From assembly GCF_000150275.1 (NCBI RefSeq), contig NW_002060965.1, positions 434,001 to 498,000 of the forward strand: a DNA stretch of 64,000 nt. Direction: 5' to 3'. The translations under genes were made by a program, and so were the position numbers. The number at the start of each line of letters is the position of its first letter. Position 1 is the first letter of the stretch. The notes under the pieces were generated by a model. It was not told the DNA's origin, searched no databases, and was given only the letters and a program-made list of their open reading frames with translations. Source of the DNA: Trichoplax adhaerens. Lineage: Eukaryota > Animalia > Placozoa. Positions 41,001-53,744 of this stretch are shown here, one piece after another.

Positions 41001-42014
41001 GATAGTCAGAAAATGTTCTGATACTATTTTTACTTTATTCTTGGATAATAGGTTATACGAAAGATGGAACTGATGATTAATGCCGATGAACCTAGTCAAA
41101 GCGGTTTGTAATAGGCTTTATTCATTTTAGTCTACTTTATTCCACTACAATCTTTTTGAACATTTATTTTAAAGCGAATGTTTTCCATTGACTAGGTTCT
41201 AACGAAATTCAAGTACTTCGAATCGAAAATAGGAAATTATTAATTGCCCTTGAAAAAGAGGTATGCCAGGCTTGAAAATGAAAGAGACCATTAAACTGCA
41301 TTTCCCTAATCTTTACTCCCCATACGTAAATATGAATTTAAAGGAAAATAACATCTTGCTAAGTGAATTAACATAAATTCTGCTATTCCATACGAACAGA
41401 AGGAAAAAAATAACAGCGATTCTAAATTTAATCAAGAAAGACTAGAACTATATCAAAAGCTCGATCGAGCAGAGGCAAGAAATAAAACACTAGAAGCTCA
41501 GGTAATGACGTCATATTTAAAGTTCTGTCGTTATCGTCAATAGTGCGTTTGTTAAAAGACCTTCTAAATTTGTTATACAGATGATAGAAGATGCACGTCG
41601 ATGGGCAAAAGAAAAAAGTGACTTTCAGGTATCTTATATCTAATGCTTAGTCCTTCTATCTTGTCATGACTTGAGCTTAAATTCTCAACTAAAATTTCAT
41701 TTTTTTCTCTAATTTTCCCATAGATTCGACTAAGCGAAAAAAATGCGGCTGCCTACGCCAAAAATACAGGCCCAACGGAACGAAATCGTAAAGTAATATT
41801 TTTCTCTTTCTGATTAATTTACAATATGTACCTAAAAATGATGATAAATCTTAATCAGCTCATGATCTATAATATAGAAATGTAATAGATATGAGGACTT
41901 TAAAGATTAATAATGTTATATGAACTCCAACATTTTCTGTAGAATGGAAAAAAAGCAGTGTCGCCAGCTCCTCGTTCCAGGATTAATCCTAAATTGGATC
42001 CTTACGAATTGTAA
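35016..42014 (+). CDS. CCDC33: Coiled-coil domain-containing protein 33 (C2 domains plus C-terminal coiled coil), multi-exon
   Basis: Exons encode FTNCSFNFAIPQ, GDFKIYPR, CATNVSNASTGQPQPYVLG, TNTPFWNE, LSIIDGNSKELLDEYLIPMVHFSPMRSYHLELVQ, TTLQFPSP, VQDLQNTLIKKNDNEK and LYQKLDRAEARIKTLEAQMIEDARRWAKEKSDFQIRLSE, ending PKLDPYEL* at 42014. These are colinear with recalled human CCDC33 (IYPR, HPYHFELV, LQNELIRKNDREK, SARRWGREK). Confidence 0.85.
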
Positions 42015-43398
42015 CTTTGCCAAAATATCGAGTTAACTGGCATCGCTACGGGCTTTCTGTCCTTGATCCTGACTTAGAGTTTTTCGAATAGTAATCTTAT
42101 TGAAGTTCATAGTTTGCGACATCAATTATTCGATCTAGGATATTTAACTTGGATCTTTTTAAATACCGATTTGTACAAAATAGTAATAGATTATCCTAAA
42201 TCTTCGTTCTAGTTGTAGATCCCTTCAGATGCAATAGATGATCTATTACACAGTTTTAATGGTAGCGGCCGAGAGTATTTATGAAGAGGAATAGAGTAAC
42301 GATTTAGACGTGATAAATGTACATAATGTAATAGAATGAAATACTGTATATCGCGACCTCTGACAACAAGCTCCATGTCTATATTATCCGTGTTATGTCA
42401 TCAAATCTAGTAAAGGCAAACTGAAATTGAGATATTTTTACGTTGCTAGCATATATAGTAAGGCAGTAAAATTATGGTCAAAATAATTTCATAGTTATAT
42501 AATTATTAATATGGTACGTATCGTGTAAGCAAACAAAATCCTTCTGCAAATAAATCTGCAAAAATTAATTAATTTCTTGTGCTCAATATAAGGTATGTTT
42601 CGATCAAATAGAATAGGATATTGATAACAGTATTCTATACTATAGAATTTATTGCTATCGATTACAACAACTCAGAGTATGTAAGCAAGGTCTCAAATGG
42701 AGAAATTGGGCTTGTTAAATCTCAATAACAAAGACGCTTCTATTACGTAGGATCAAATAATGTTTATTATTGTAAATGCATCTAAATCACCTATGCAAGT
42801 AATCGCTAAGGTGACTGACACAGTGCGCTTACATTAAATGTATTGATTCCTTATTTGTATTTCATCATTCTGTAGCAATGTCGATATACTAAGAGAACCA
42901 TATATCACAGGGTTTGACACAAAGTTGTTCTTAAAAGCAATGGATAGTTTTGTTGTCATGTTAACACACCAACCATAACATTTATAAAAGTAAACAATAT
43001 CCACTAGGCATCTCAGAATCCACATAATGATATCTATAAACTGGCAAATTATGAAGTGATATATCTTAAAATATACCATAAGGTTAAATTGAAATTAAAA
43101 CTTTAGAAAAACTTTCCTAAAATTTAAGAAAGGCTACTTATTACTTTGGCTATTAATTAATGTATGAAGTATCATTTATTTTACCGTAAAATACGTATAC
43201 ATGAATGCATAATATAACGTTAGTTCAATAAGATGGAGCCAATTAGATAAAAAAAGGAGATATAAACTAATAATATGATACATTAGAGCATGGTCTTATA
43301 CAACCATAAAATAAGATCTGTTATATCTACCATCCAGTATACAATACTGTGATATAATTGGCCATATTATTTATTTACAATCAGTATCTAATGTCCCA

Positions 43399-46300
43399 TC
43401 AATTTAAAGGAACAGACTTATTCGCCAATCGCCGAGATCGTCGAGATTGGACTGGTTGGCTGTCTGCACTATCTATATTACTAGATTTACTGTCATTATC
43501 CATGGATGATGACTCTTTTGTCGCAGTCAATAATTTTTTAACTTTCCGGGTTGCCTTAAGAACAGGTTTCCCTTCTTCACTACTGTCGTGGGTAGTATCA
43601 GATGTTCTTAAATTATCTTTTTTTTGCGTACGTCTTGATTTTCGTCCAGTAGTAGAAGCAGGAATTACATCCACAGTTACATTGTCACTACTAGAATCAT
43701 TAGGAGCTGCAGAACGAGTAGATGATCTAGTTTCACGTTTGATTACAGTTGACGATCTTGTTGATGTGCGGTTCTGACGTTCATCTTGACTATCATCACA
43801 GCTCTTACTATCCTTTCGACTCTTGCGTTTTGGCAGCACAAAGGCAGTAACCTTATCTTCTTCTTTTGCGATAGTACTGATGGCATGTGAGGTAACTGTA
43901 TTTACAGGAGCCTCTTCATTTACTTCAACTTGTTTATCAACGTCCTTACATAAATTTATTTTTTCATCATTACCAGCATTTGCTTCGTCAGCATTAGTTT
44001 CGCTTGCCAATTCACTTATATTTTCATTTATCTTACGGGCAGAACGACTTCTTTTTGACACTACTTTTTCAGATTGAATGCTTTCCTTACTTGTAGTTTC
44101 AGTGGTAGTTTTACATCCTTCTTCAGTTGCATTTTCATCTTTCCTACGTGCTAAACGAGTCTTTTTTGGCAAAATCTGATCAGATTGGATACTTTTGTTA
44201 ATTGTTTGTTGCTCAAGAATTTTACTTTTTGTACGAGTTGCTCTTGCATTACTCCTTTTAACGGGCTCTGGCTCCTTTTCGACTAACTTTTTCTGTCGCA
44301 AATTTCTTGTACTTGTTGGATGATCGCTCACGCCTTCTTTAACAGCTTCTCGCTTTGGAGTAAGTTTGGTAGTTTTATTTTCTAACCTTACCTCTAAATC
44401 AATTACATTCTTTCCATCAGGTGTAACTGAGCACTCAGAATCCGCTTTCTTTGTTGATACAATTTTTCGTTTCCTACTAATTCTAGTAGGCTTGCCGTTT
44501 TCTACAACTGCTGCTGCCGTATTATCAGAATCTAGGGTCATATTTTTATGATTTGCGTCTATAATATTGGTTGAAGATGTATGGTCTACTTCTCCCAAAT
44601 CATAAATCAAATTAGTTTTATTCTCTTTGTTAGTATCGCGAATAACCTTTTTACTTTTCCTTCCTTTTGCAACGATATCCGGTGATGACAAATCATTTTT
44701 CTTACAACTTGACGTTTCACTTTCAGATAATTCAGTTATAGGTGTCATCAAAACTACGTTATTCCATAGTTTTTGTTCAACTTGTTCGCTTTTGTAAAGA
44801 CGTTTCGTAGCCTTATGATTGTTTTTCTTTAATTTTTTCATTCTTGGTTCTTCAGTAACTGCATCGTTTATTTTACGCTTACCACCAGTGCGTATTAACG
44901 TTGAGGTTGAATCTTCACTGCTAATGACATTATTTGTAATATCAGGGTTAGTTGACTTGACCTTACGTGAACTTGTTCGCCTTGAGTTAGTCGCTTTACT
45001 TCTGGTGCTTTTGGGTGCACGCTTGCATCGCAATGTGGAATTCTTAAGAGTAGTGGCTGTCTCAACGTTCTTTGGTGATGTATTGATTTGCTTACTTTCA
45101 GAAAGTACTATTTCATCTCTTTTAGTGTCAAGGCTAACATGCCCTTTGTGAGTCTCGGTATCTATAAAATCTGCAGTTGTTGATGTTTTAGAAGTCGGAC
45201 TTGTATTTTCAACCGTATTTTGTTGATCATGCTCACTAATATAAGTAGAGCTGTTAAATAAATCCGCCAATTCAGTCATAAATTCATTAGTAGTCTCATT
45301 GGAGTCTTTAGGTAATTGAAATAGTTCTTTTAATCCTTTGTAGATAGTTTCTTGTTGACTTGCTGATGTATGTACTCCAGATGGTAATGTAAATAATCGC
45401 GGTAATAAACCAACTTCAACACTGTAACGAGCACTTTTCTTATTACTACGTGGCGTTTTTAAGAGTCTTTTCAACCCTTTCAAGCATTGATCTTTACTCA
45501 CATCTCCTTTACCTTGCTTAGAAAGTGGCGTATTTGCTATTTCCTTCAATGCAAACAAAATATTATCCCGTTCAGCTATACTTTGTGCACTCAATTTGGC
45601 GCGAGGAGTTTTCAGCAAATATCCCAAAGATTTCAAGGCTTCATCTTGATTATTCATTTCTTGTTCATTTACCTTAGGGCTGTGTTCGCAAGTCATTTCT
45701 GCCATTAATGGCTCGCTAATCGCAGCAGCATGTTCGCAAATTTCAGAACTTTTATCTGAAATTGGTTCAAGGTGATCTTGTAAGTTGTAGATTGTAATCT
45801 CGCCATCGTTTAATGCATCTGCATTCACACTATTTATTGACTCATTCTTATCCTGTTGCATAATAGGTACAGTTTCTATCTCGGGAGAATTAGCTATTTT
45901 ATGTGAGCTGGGCATCTCAAACATTTGTTGAAGACCATCAAAAACTGGTTCAAGTGATGTATTCTTGGCACGTTTGGGTGTTTTAAACCATTGTTCAAGA
46001 ACAGATAAATATTCATCTGAAAATTGACTTTTCAATTTAGGTGTTTTAAGCAGTCTCTGTAATCCATCATATGCGGGTTCTAACGACGGATCCCTCTTAC
46101 TTTTAGGTGTTTTCAACCATTGCTTCAAAGCTAGCAAGTTCTCACTACACGAATTATTTTTAAGCCTTGGTGTTGTAAAGATATCTTGTAGACCCTCAAT
46201 GTTACTTTCTTCGAGAGATACTTTAGCTGGTGTTTGCATGATATTATTTTCTTCTGAATTGGATACATCCATTGCAGTTATCTCACTAGTAGATATAGTT

Positions 46301-49300
46301 TTGATATTTCTCTTAGGAGAATTCATGACTTGTAGACCTTCAATGTTACTTTCTTCGAGAGATACTTTAGCTGGTGTTTGCATGATGTTATTTTCTTCTG
46401 AATTGGATACATCCATTACAGTTATCTCACTAGTAGGCGTAGTTATGATATTTCTCTCAGAAGAATTAATGACCTTTAGTGAGCTAGGTGTCTCAAATAA
46501 TTGTTGAAGATCATCGAAAACTGGTTCCAGTGATGTATTTTTGGTACGTTTTGGTGTTTTAAACCATTGTTTAAGAACAGACAAATATTCATCTGAAAAT
46601 TGATTTTTCAATTTAGGTGTTTTAAGCAATCTTTGTAATTCATTATATACTGGTTCTAGTGATGGATCCCTCTTACTTTTGGGTGTTTTCAACCACTGTT
46701 TTAAAACTAGCAAGTTCTCATCGGACGAATTATTTTTAAATCTTGGTGTTTTAAAAAGATCTTGTAGACCGTCGATGTCACCCTCTTCAAACGATACTTT
46801 AGCTGGTGTTTGCATTACATAAGAATTTTCTTCAAAATTGGATAAGTTCATGGAAGTCTCGTTATTAGTGAGTATAGTATTATTATCCATCTCAAGAGAA
46901 TCAGCAAATTTTACCGGGCTAGGTGTTCTAAATAATTGCTGAAGGCCGTCGAAAATAGGTTCAAGTGACGTATTTTCAGCACGCTTTGGTGATTTAAACC
47001 ATTGCTTAACAGTAGATAGATATTCATCTGAAAACTGGTTTTTGAACTTAGGTGTTTTAAGCAGTCTTTTCAGTCCATCATACATCGGCTCTACTGCTGG
47101 ATCTCGTTTACTCTTTGGAGTTTTCAACCATTGCTTTAGTACCTGCAAATTCTCCTTACACAAATTATTGTTTAATTTTGGTGTTTCATTGGGATCTTGC
47201 AGACCTTTAATGTAACTTTCGTTGAGAGACACCTTAGCTGGTGTTTGCATGATATCATTACTTTCTTCTGAATAAGTTGTATCTATTGGAGTTATCACTT
47301 TGGTCAGTACAACTTTGCCTTCCATTTCGGGAGAATCGGCAATTTTAAGTAAGCTGGGTGTCTCGAATAACTTCTGAAGACCATCAAAAACTGGTTCAAG
47401 TGGTGTACATTTTGAGCCTTTTGGTGTTTTAAACCATTGTTTCAGAACAGATAAACATTCATCTGAAAATTGACTTTTCAATTTAGGTGTTTTAAGCAGT
47501 CTTTGTAATTCATCAAATACTGGCTTTAGCGATGGATCTCTCTTACTTTTAGGTGTTTTCAACCATTGTTTTAGAGTTGACAAGTTCTCATTACGCGAAC
47601 TATTATTAAATGCTGGTGTTTTAAAAAGATCTTGTAAACCTTCAATATTGCTTTCTTCGAGAGATACTTTAGCTGGTGTTTGCCTAAGATGAATACTTTC
47701 TTCCAAATTAGATGTATCCATTGCCGTCATCTCACTATCGAGTGTAGTTTTAATTTCTGTCTCTGCAGAGTCAGCGACTTTTAGTGAGCTAGGTGTCTCA
47801 AATAATTGTTGGAGACCATCAAAAACTGGCTCAAGCGATTTATTTCTGACACTTCTTGGTGTTTTAAACCATTGCTTAAGAGTAGATAAATACTCATCTG
47901 AAAATCGGCTTTTCAATTTAGGCGTTTTCAGCAGTCTTTGTAATCCATCATACACTGGCTCCATTGCGGGATCTCTTTTACTCTTTGGTGTTTTTAACCA
48001 CTGCTTTAAAACTAATAAATTCTCATTACCGGAATTATGCTTCAAGCTTGGCGTCTTAAAGAGATTTTGTAAACCTTCAACATCATTCTCGTTAAAACTT
48101 GTTTTCGCTGGCGTTTGCATTTGATATGAAGTTTCTTCAGAATTGGATATTTCTAATGAGGTTACCTCATTCATTGGAGAGGCAATATTCTTAGAAAAAA
48201 TAGGTGTCTGGAATAATTCTCGAATTCCATCTACTACGGGTTCCAGCGGAGGATTTTTAGCACCTTTGGGAGTTTTATACCAATGCTTTAATACATGCAA
48301 ATATTCATCTGAAATTTTTCGGTCTATCTTAGAGGATTTTAGTAACTTTTGTAAACCATCGTAAGCAGGTTCCATAGTAATATCTCTTTGATTTTTGGGT
48401 GTCTTAAGCCATTCTTTTAAAACAAGCAAATTCTCATCAGAAGATTTACCTCTAAACTTTGGCGTTTTAAAGAGATTTTGCAATCCTTCCAAATCATAAT
48501 CTGAAGGCAAAGTTTTAACAGGAGTTTGATTATAAATCGAATTCCTTAGTAGATTATTAGACTTTATTGCTTCACTTGTTGTTTGCACTTTGCTTTCATC
48601 AACAGCAATTGTTGTCTTGTCAGCATTATCTAATTGCTCAGTAATGGCTTGATCATTATTATTAATAGGAACCGATTCCTGTAACGAATCAACGCTAACT
48701 GATTCATATTCTGATCCATTTTGATACTTGTCTTGATTAATGGAATTTACCGATGATGACCTAAAACTGCTTCTTTTAGCTGTATTAGCTCTAAATGTTC
48801 CTGCTATTAAGTTATCATCACCACGTCTACCACCTATGGTGGGTATCCAATGATTACTATCACGCCTTGGTTTAATAAGTGGCTGATCACTATCAACAGT
48901 AGTAAACTGGCATTCTTTCTTATTGAGATTGCTAATACTGCCTAATTGCAAATCGTCTTGAACAGAGACTATGTCCCCTTGAACTTTCGTAGGTATATCA
49001 ACTATTAAAAAAGATACATTTCCAGCATTAGACTTTATTTTATTTGTCCATCGAATTATATATTATACATCTAAAGTAGCTCTGTACTATTTCTATCGTT
49101 TATGTGAATAGCCTTACCTCTTTCTTGATTTTGGGACTGAGATGTATTGCCTTCATATTCATCTTCATTCGTATCATGAACGCTGCTCAGATTTGATTGA
49201 TTAATGGACCTTGCTTCAATAATAAGGCCATTTGGTGTTACGAAAGTTGGAGTTGACATTAATAAATTGATTGGATTTTGTTGCGCTTTACCAATCTCAT

Positions 49301-52138
49301 ATGCTGGAGTCATGCATTGTTGCTGATTGACTTCAATAGGAGTATTTTTTTCATCTGTTGAGCTGCTGCTACTACTACTATTTAGCAATGTTGATAAGGA
49401 AGATTCATATAATGTCTTACTGTTTTTTTTCATTGAGCTTTTCGATCGACGTTTATTTGTTGGAGTGTTTATTGGTGTTTTACAAACATTGTTGGTTTCA
49501 GTGGTAGAATTAGGTTGAATCATTTTTTCAGTTGAAGTAGCAACATTATTATTAATAATAAGCTGGTGATTCAGTTTATCGGTGTTTGGCGTGGCGAAGA
49601 GATCTTTAATCAAGTGATGAGCTTCTGCAAAGCACCTATCTGGTGTTGAGTTTTCCATCTCCTGGAATGCGAATTAAATATCAATATGACATTCCCATAT
49701 CATGACTGTTTCGTTTATAATAATATAATTAATTAATATAAGGTTAAACTGCTATAATAGAAAGACTTACCGATGGTACAGATTGAGGAACGTCATTATC
49801 TTGATTATTATCATTACAGATATCTTGACTAGCTTTGTTTTGCTGAGATGAACGCCTCTTTCGAGTATCTTTCTTCCACAATCCAGTAATCATTATATCA
49901 TCGCTTCTTTTATCACACAAAGTAGGTACCCAGGCGTTGCTACGTCGTTTAACACTACTTTTATCGCAAATTTTCTGCCGTCTTGAAGTTTCAGCTGAAT
50001 GTCGTCTCGTTATTATATTGGTTCGAAATGACCTGCGTTTAGTAATACACGGGTCATCATTTTGAGATACCGCTGTAAATTTCAATTCCGGATCCAAAGA
50101 ATTAGCCATAGAGATTTGACTTGAGTTATTATCGTTTGGATGATTTGTTGTTGCTGAAGATCTAGTTTCTATATTATCTTCCGCTTTATCTTGATGATTT
50201 GATTCTTGCAAGGAAACTAGGTCATTACTATCGAAAGTTAGCGTAGAAACGATATCAACTAAACTATTGCTTTCCTTTTCATCTTCATCGAGAGCAATTA
50301 CAGAGGGAGTTTTAAGTATCGATCTACGTTTGCTATGACTCTTTACTTTACCAGCAGAAGGCATTGGAGTATAAACTGGTTTTCTACCTCGCTTTACAGG
50401 AGTATCAGTCGGATTTTTCTTACTATATAATTCAGGACTTAAATGCGGTCCAAATGTTACACTTTTTCGATTCCTTTTCGGTGCAAAGAATTCATCAACC
50501 GTCTTCATTAGACTATCAACAGAAGTAATATCATTCAGAATCCTCTTTTCTGGAGTTTTCGAACGAACATTTGCAGATCCATCATTATTTTGGCTATTGC
50601 TCTGTTCAGTCTTTTTTTCAGCAGTAGTATTATTAGCTGGAAAGGATGTTGATGAGCGTCTTCCTCTAGATCGGCGATTTTTAATTTTACCATCTAATCG
50701 AAAGCTATCATCCATGCTTTGATCTGAAGTGGACACCTTGCTATCACCGTGATCTTTCATTAATTGGTCATTGCTAAGAAGTGTGTTAATCTCAGAGATC
50801 AATATTTGCTTGCTGCTTACACTCCGATGTTAACGAATCATTTCGTAGGGTAAGGACAATATCAATTTGATCTTGCTTCTTACTGTCCGTATCGTCTACG
50901 AAGCTTTCTTCTAACTTAAAACTTCTTCTCCTAATTTGTTTGAGTTTCTTAGCTGAAAGCTGTTGTTGACATTCCAAGCCAGGTATTAAGATGCCAGTAT
51001 TTCTGTCTCCTTGACCTGAGATATTCTCCTTGTCATCGATGGCATCCTAGACGTATAGCACAATCAGTCATAATGCATTACATTAGTTGGCTCAATTTTT
51101 AGCAAAACTTGATATAAATATCTATATGCTATGAGTACATTAATTTGTTTATTTCTATCAGATAGTCAAAAAAGAACATACGCAATACAGTACAATCACG
51201 TTCAATCTGAATGGTCCAGAATAAGAGCGTACGTATATTACTTGATTTGACGAAAGATGATCACTATTTTGTTATTTGTTTATAAAATGATGGCTACGAA
51301 TCAATATATATTTATCCAATCATCTTATATATTTACCTGCTTGTTAGGTGTATCTATTATGATGTCACTTTTTTTGTATAGAAAGGTTTTATTGCCAATT
51401 TTAATCTTAGTACCATCTTTTATTCGACATTGCCTCTGTAAGAGGGCTTCACCGGCTACATGGATCTGTGCTGAAGGTTGTAAACGCTCTATCCAAGCCT
51501 GCATGTGTTTGACATTGATAAAAATAAATTAAAGGTAAAGAATTAGAAAATATTTTGTGATACGCGTATATATCGATTCTACAGTTACTTTATCTTAACT
51601 ACAGTAATAATGATTGTCTATTTATGATAAGCCACTTTTATAACATGTTGAATTCAAAATTGATTTTACTGTGCATACGTCTATGATGATATCAAGGCGA
51701 CGAACATTTATATTTTTATCATTCTGTCGTAGCACTGTACAATACTGTACATTAGTAGCCTTACAATTGACTATTTAGCATCATGGTGTATTTGACATGG
51801 TACATCACCTTGTTGTTGGTGTCGATGAATACTCTCGCATGTTGATTCTGAACACTGGCATTACGAATACGAATATCGCAGTTGTCGTCGCTACAATGTG
51901 GATATATTTAATAAATGATTATATAATTATTAATTGTACGCGTATATATTTAAGCTTGATTTTATTCGAGGTTATTAAGATGCAAATAAAGCTGTTTCCA
52001 AGAAATAATTGACTGAACATACCTGCCAAAAATGCTTTGCTTATCAATTAATGGCACTTTAGATCCCTCAGTTCCGTTTCTTCGAATCAAGACAACGTTA
52101 CCATATTTACCTGCACTATTGAATGAGGACTGTTCCAT
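43399..52138 (-). CDS. MKI67: Ki-67-like protein (~2561 aa): FHA domain, PP1-binding motif, KTP repeats, basic disordered tail
   Basis: Seven phase-compatible exons: 52138-52023, 51890-51809, 51498-51337, 51046-50821, 50723-49771, 49661-49118 and 49001-43399 (7686 nt). N-terminal FHA (VVLIRRNGTEG...IFG...CDIRI...QHARV), a KEN box (DKENI), PP1 motif RKSVTFGPHLSPELY...TPVKRG (50386-50469) and repeated GLQxLFKTP/ELFQTP motifs. Confidence 0.85.
45900..48530 (-). repeat. Coding higher-order repeat, 6 units of ~145 aa (~435 bp), plus a 144-bp internal duplication
   Basis: QTP(A/V)K unit starts near 48525, 48120, 47682, 47250, 46815 and 46383/46239. Confidence 0.92.
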
Positions 52139-52725
52139 AGTTTCTGCGTCCAGTGAAGAAAAGAACAATACTGTACTTTAACCAAATGATTAGGATTGTT
52201 TGTAAAATGGTGATCAATAGAACCATCGGATACATATCCGTATCGAGTAAAAATACTGGCACTAGTACAATATAAAGCAGTTGCTAAACTAGGACTGTTG
52301 TAGCTGATAATTAATAAGAGAAACTGGTCAAATTTTATTTAAAAGTTTTAAATTTCAATTTCCTTAAGCCTCAACGTGGATAGAATGAATTTCAATTTGG
52401 CCATTTTTCTTACCCGTTAAACGATGATTAATCAAGGGATGAGCGATTGGATGGATTAATGAAGTTGACAAGGACGAGTTGTCTGCTTTGCACGACTATT
52501 TGGTTAACTTTAGTATTCAAATAATGGCACTGCAGGTCGCTAAACTATAAAATCAACTAACCGCTAGCAAAGCTATCTTGACTAGAAGTGGTTTATTAAC
52601 CTTGCGTCGACAAGATCAATCTGACTAACAGTAATTATGATTGCCCCACGATGGTTGTTTTAGGTTATATAGCTTACCGGTCAGATTCGGTTCAGCCCCC
52701 TTGGCAGCAGTTGCATTCCATCGAT

Positions 52726-52801
52726 CAACGGCCGATCAGTTGCGTATTTGAAAATTTAAATTTTTAGTATCCAATGAAAGTGCAGTATCTCAATGACGTC
52801 A
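52726..52801 (-). promoter_or_regulatory. Putative promoter of the Ki-67-like gene (MYB-like, CHR, CCAAT, CRE)
   Basis: CAACGG at 52726, TTTGAA at 52747, TTTAAA at 52755, CCAAT at 52771 and TGACGTCA at 52794. A candidate 5'UTR intron 52677-52144 has a GTAAGC donor and a pyrimidine-rich CAG acceptor 5 nt before the ATG. Confidence 0.5.
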
Positions 52802-53531
52802 AGAGATGACTGCCTGACTTGTTGCAGTGCGTCCAGATGTCATTCTGTCACTGTCCAGGAGACTGGACTGCGAAAAAGAAAATCTCGCTAGTACCATAGT
52901 ACGGTACCGGTACTCGTGTACTAGGCTATAATAATCGACCATTATTATTATTATTATTATTAGTCTACAGTCTACACTCAGTCTACAGTAGTGTACTGTA
53001 CAGTACTGTACAGTATAAGAAATTTTCAAAGAAAAAAATGACTTAATAATGTGGTTAAAAGTAAGCAAAACATCATGGACCTTTTAATGAACTCAACTTA
53101 TGCTGAGGACTATCTTTAAGCAGAAATCTTTCCAAAAAATAAGCGATTTCATTCATACCTTTTTAGACTAATGAATAGTGCTAGAACTGTTGGATAATGT
53201 CCATCTTGTGCGTCAATCAAGGACGGTTCGTTCGGGACCAGTTCCACACCGAGCAAAATTGACTGCATAGTTCATAATAATTAATTAATTAATTAATTAA
53301 ATTAAGGAGCTTAAGGTTATGATAATCGATTGATGAGGAACTGGAGCCAATTTGAAAGTAAAGGCCTGAAAAATTAAATGGATGATCTAATTAAAGGCAG
53401 CACTATATAGCTGAACACACAGAATTTGAGCTTTCAACCAGCATAGAGAGCTCGCAACATTCCTGAAATAGTGGTCCGATACTATAATATTTTTGATATT
53501 TCTATGGGTCCGATAGAAGGAAAAGTCTGTT

Positions 53532-53744
53532 CAGTAGACTCCAACATTTCTCTATGATATTATCTAAAAATGCCAATGAAACGGCTCTATCCTTCATGAT
53601 GCTTGTCTAAGCAAATTTACCAAGTTTTAACCAAATGAACTACTGGCAGATATGTTTGCATAAATGTGCAGTATTGAAGATGTGTAGCCGTTTCAGTGGC
53701 ATTTCTAGATACAGTTTATCGTAGAGAAATGGCTGGGTCTACTG
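53532..53744. mobile_element. MITE with ~65-bp imperfect TIRs (CAGTAGAC...GTCTACTG)
   Basis: The left end CAGTAGACTCCAACATTTCTCTATGATA..AAATGCCAATGAAACGGCT matches the reverse complement of the right end; TA follows the right end. Confidence 0.75.

Noticed and set aside
43358-49518. Plus-strand ORFs overlapping the Ki-67-like gene
   Set aside because: Antisense shadows; their hydrophobic bias mirrors the K/E/N-rich sense codons.
50724-50820. Apparent frameshift or programmed recoding between ORFs 50792-50977 and 49744-50802
   Set aside because: A 97-nt GTAAGC...TTCAG phase-1 intron (50820-50724) joins the two frames cleanly.
53275-53305. (TAAT)n run
   Set aside because: Ordinary microsatellite.
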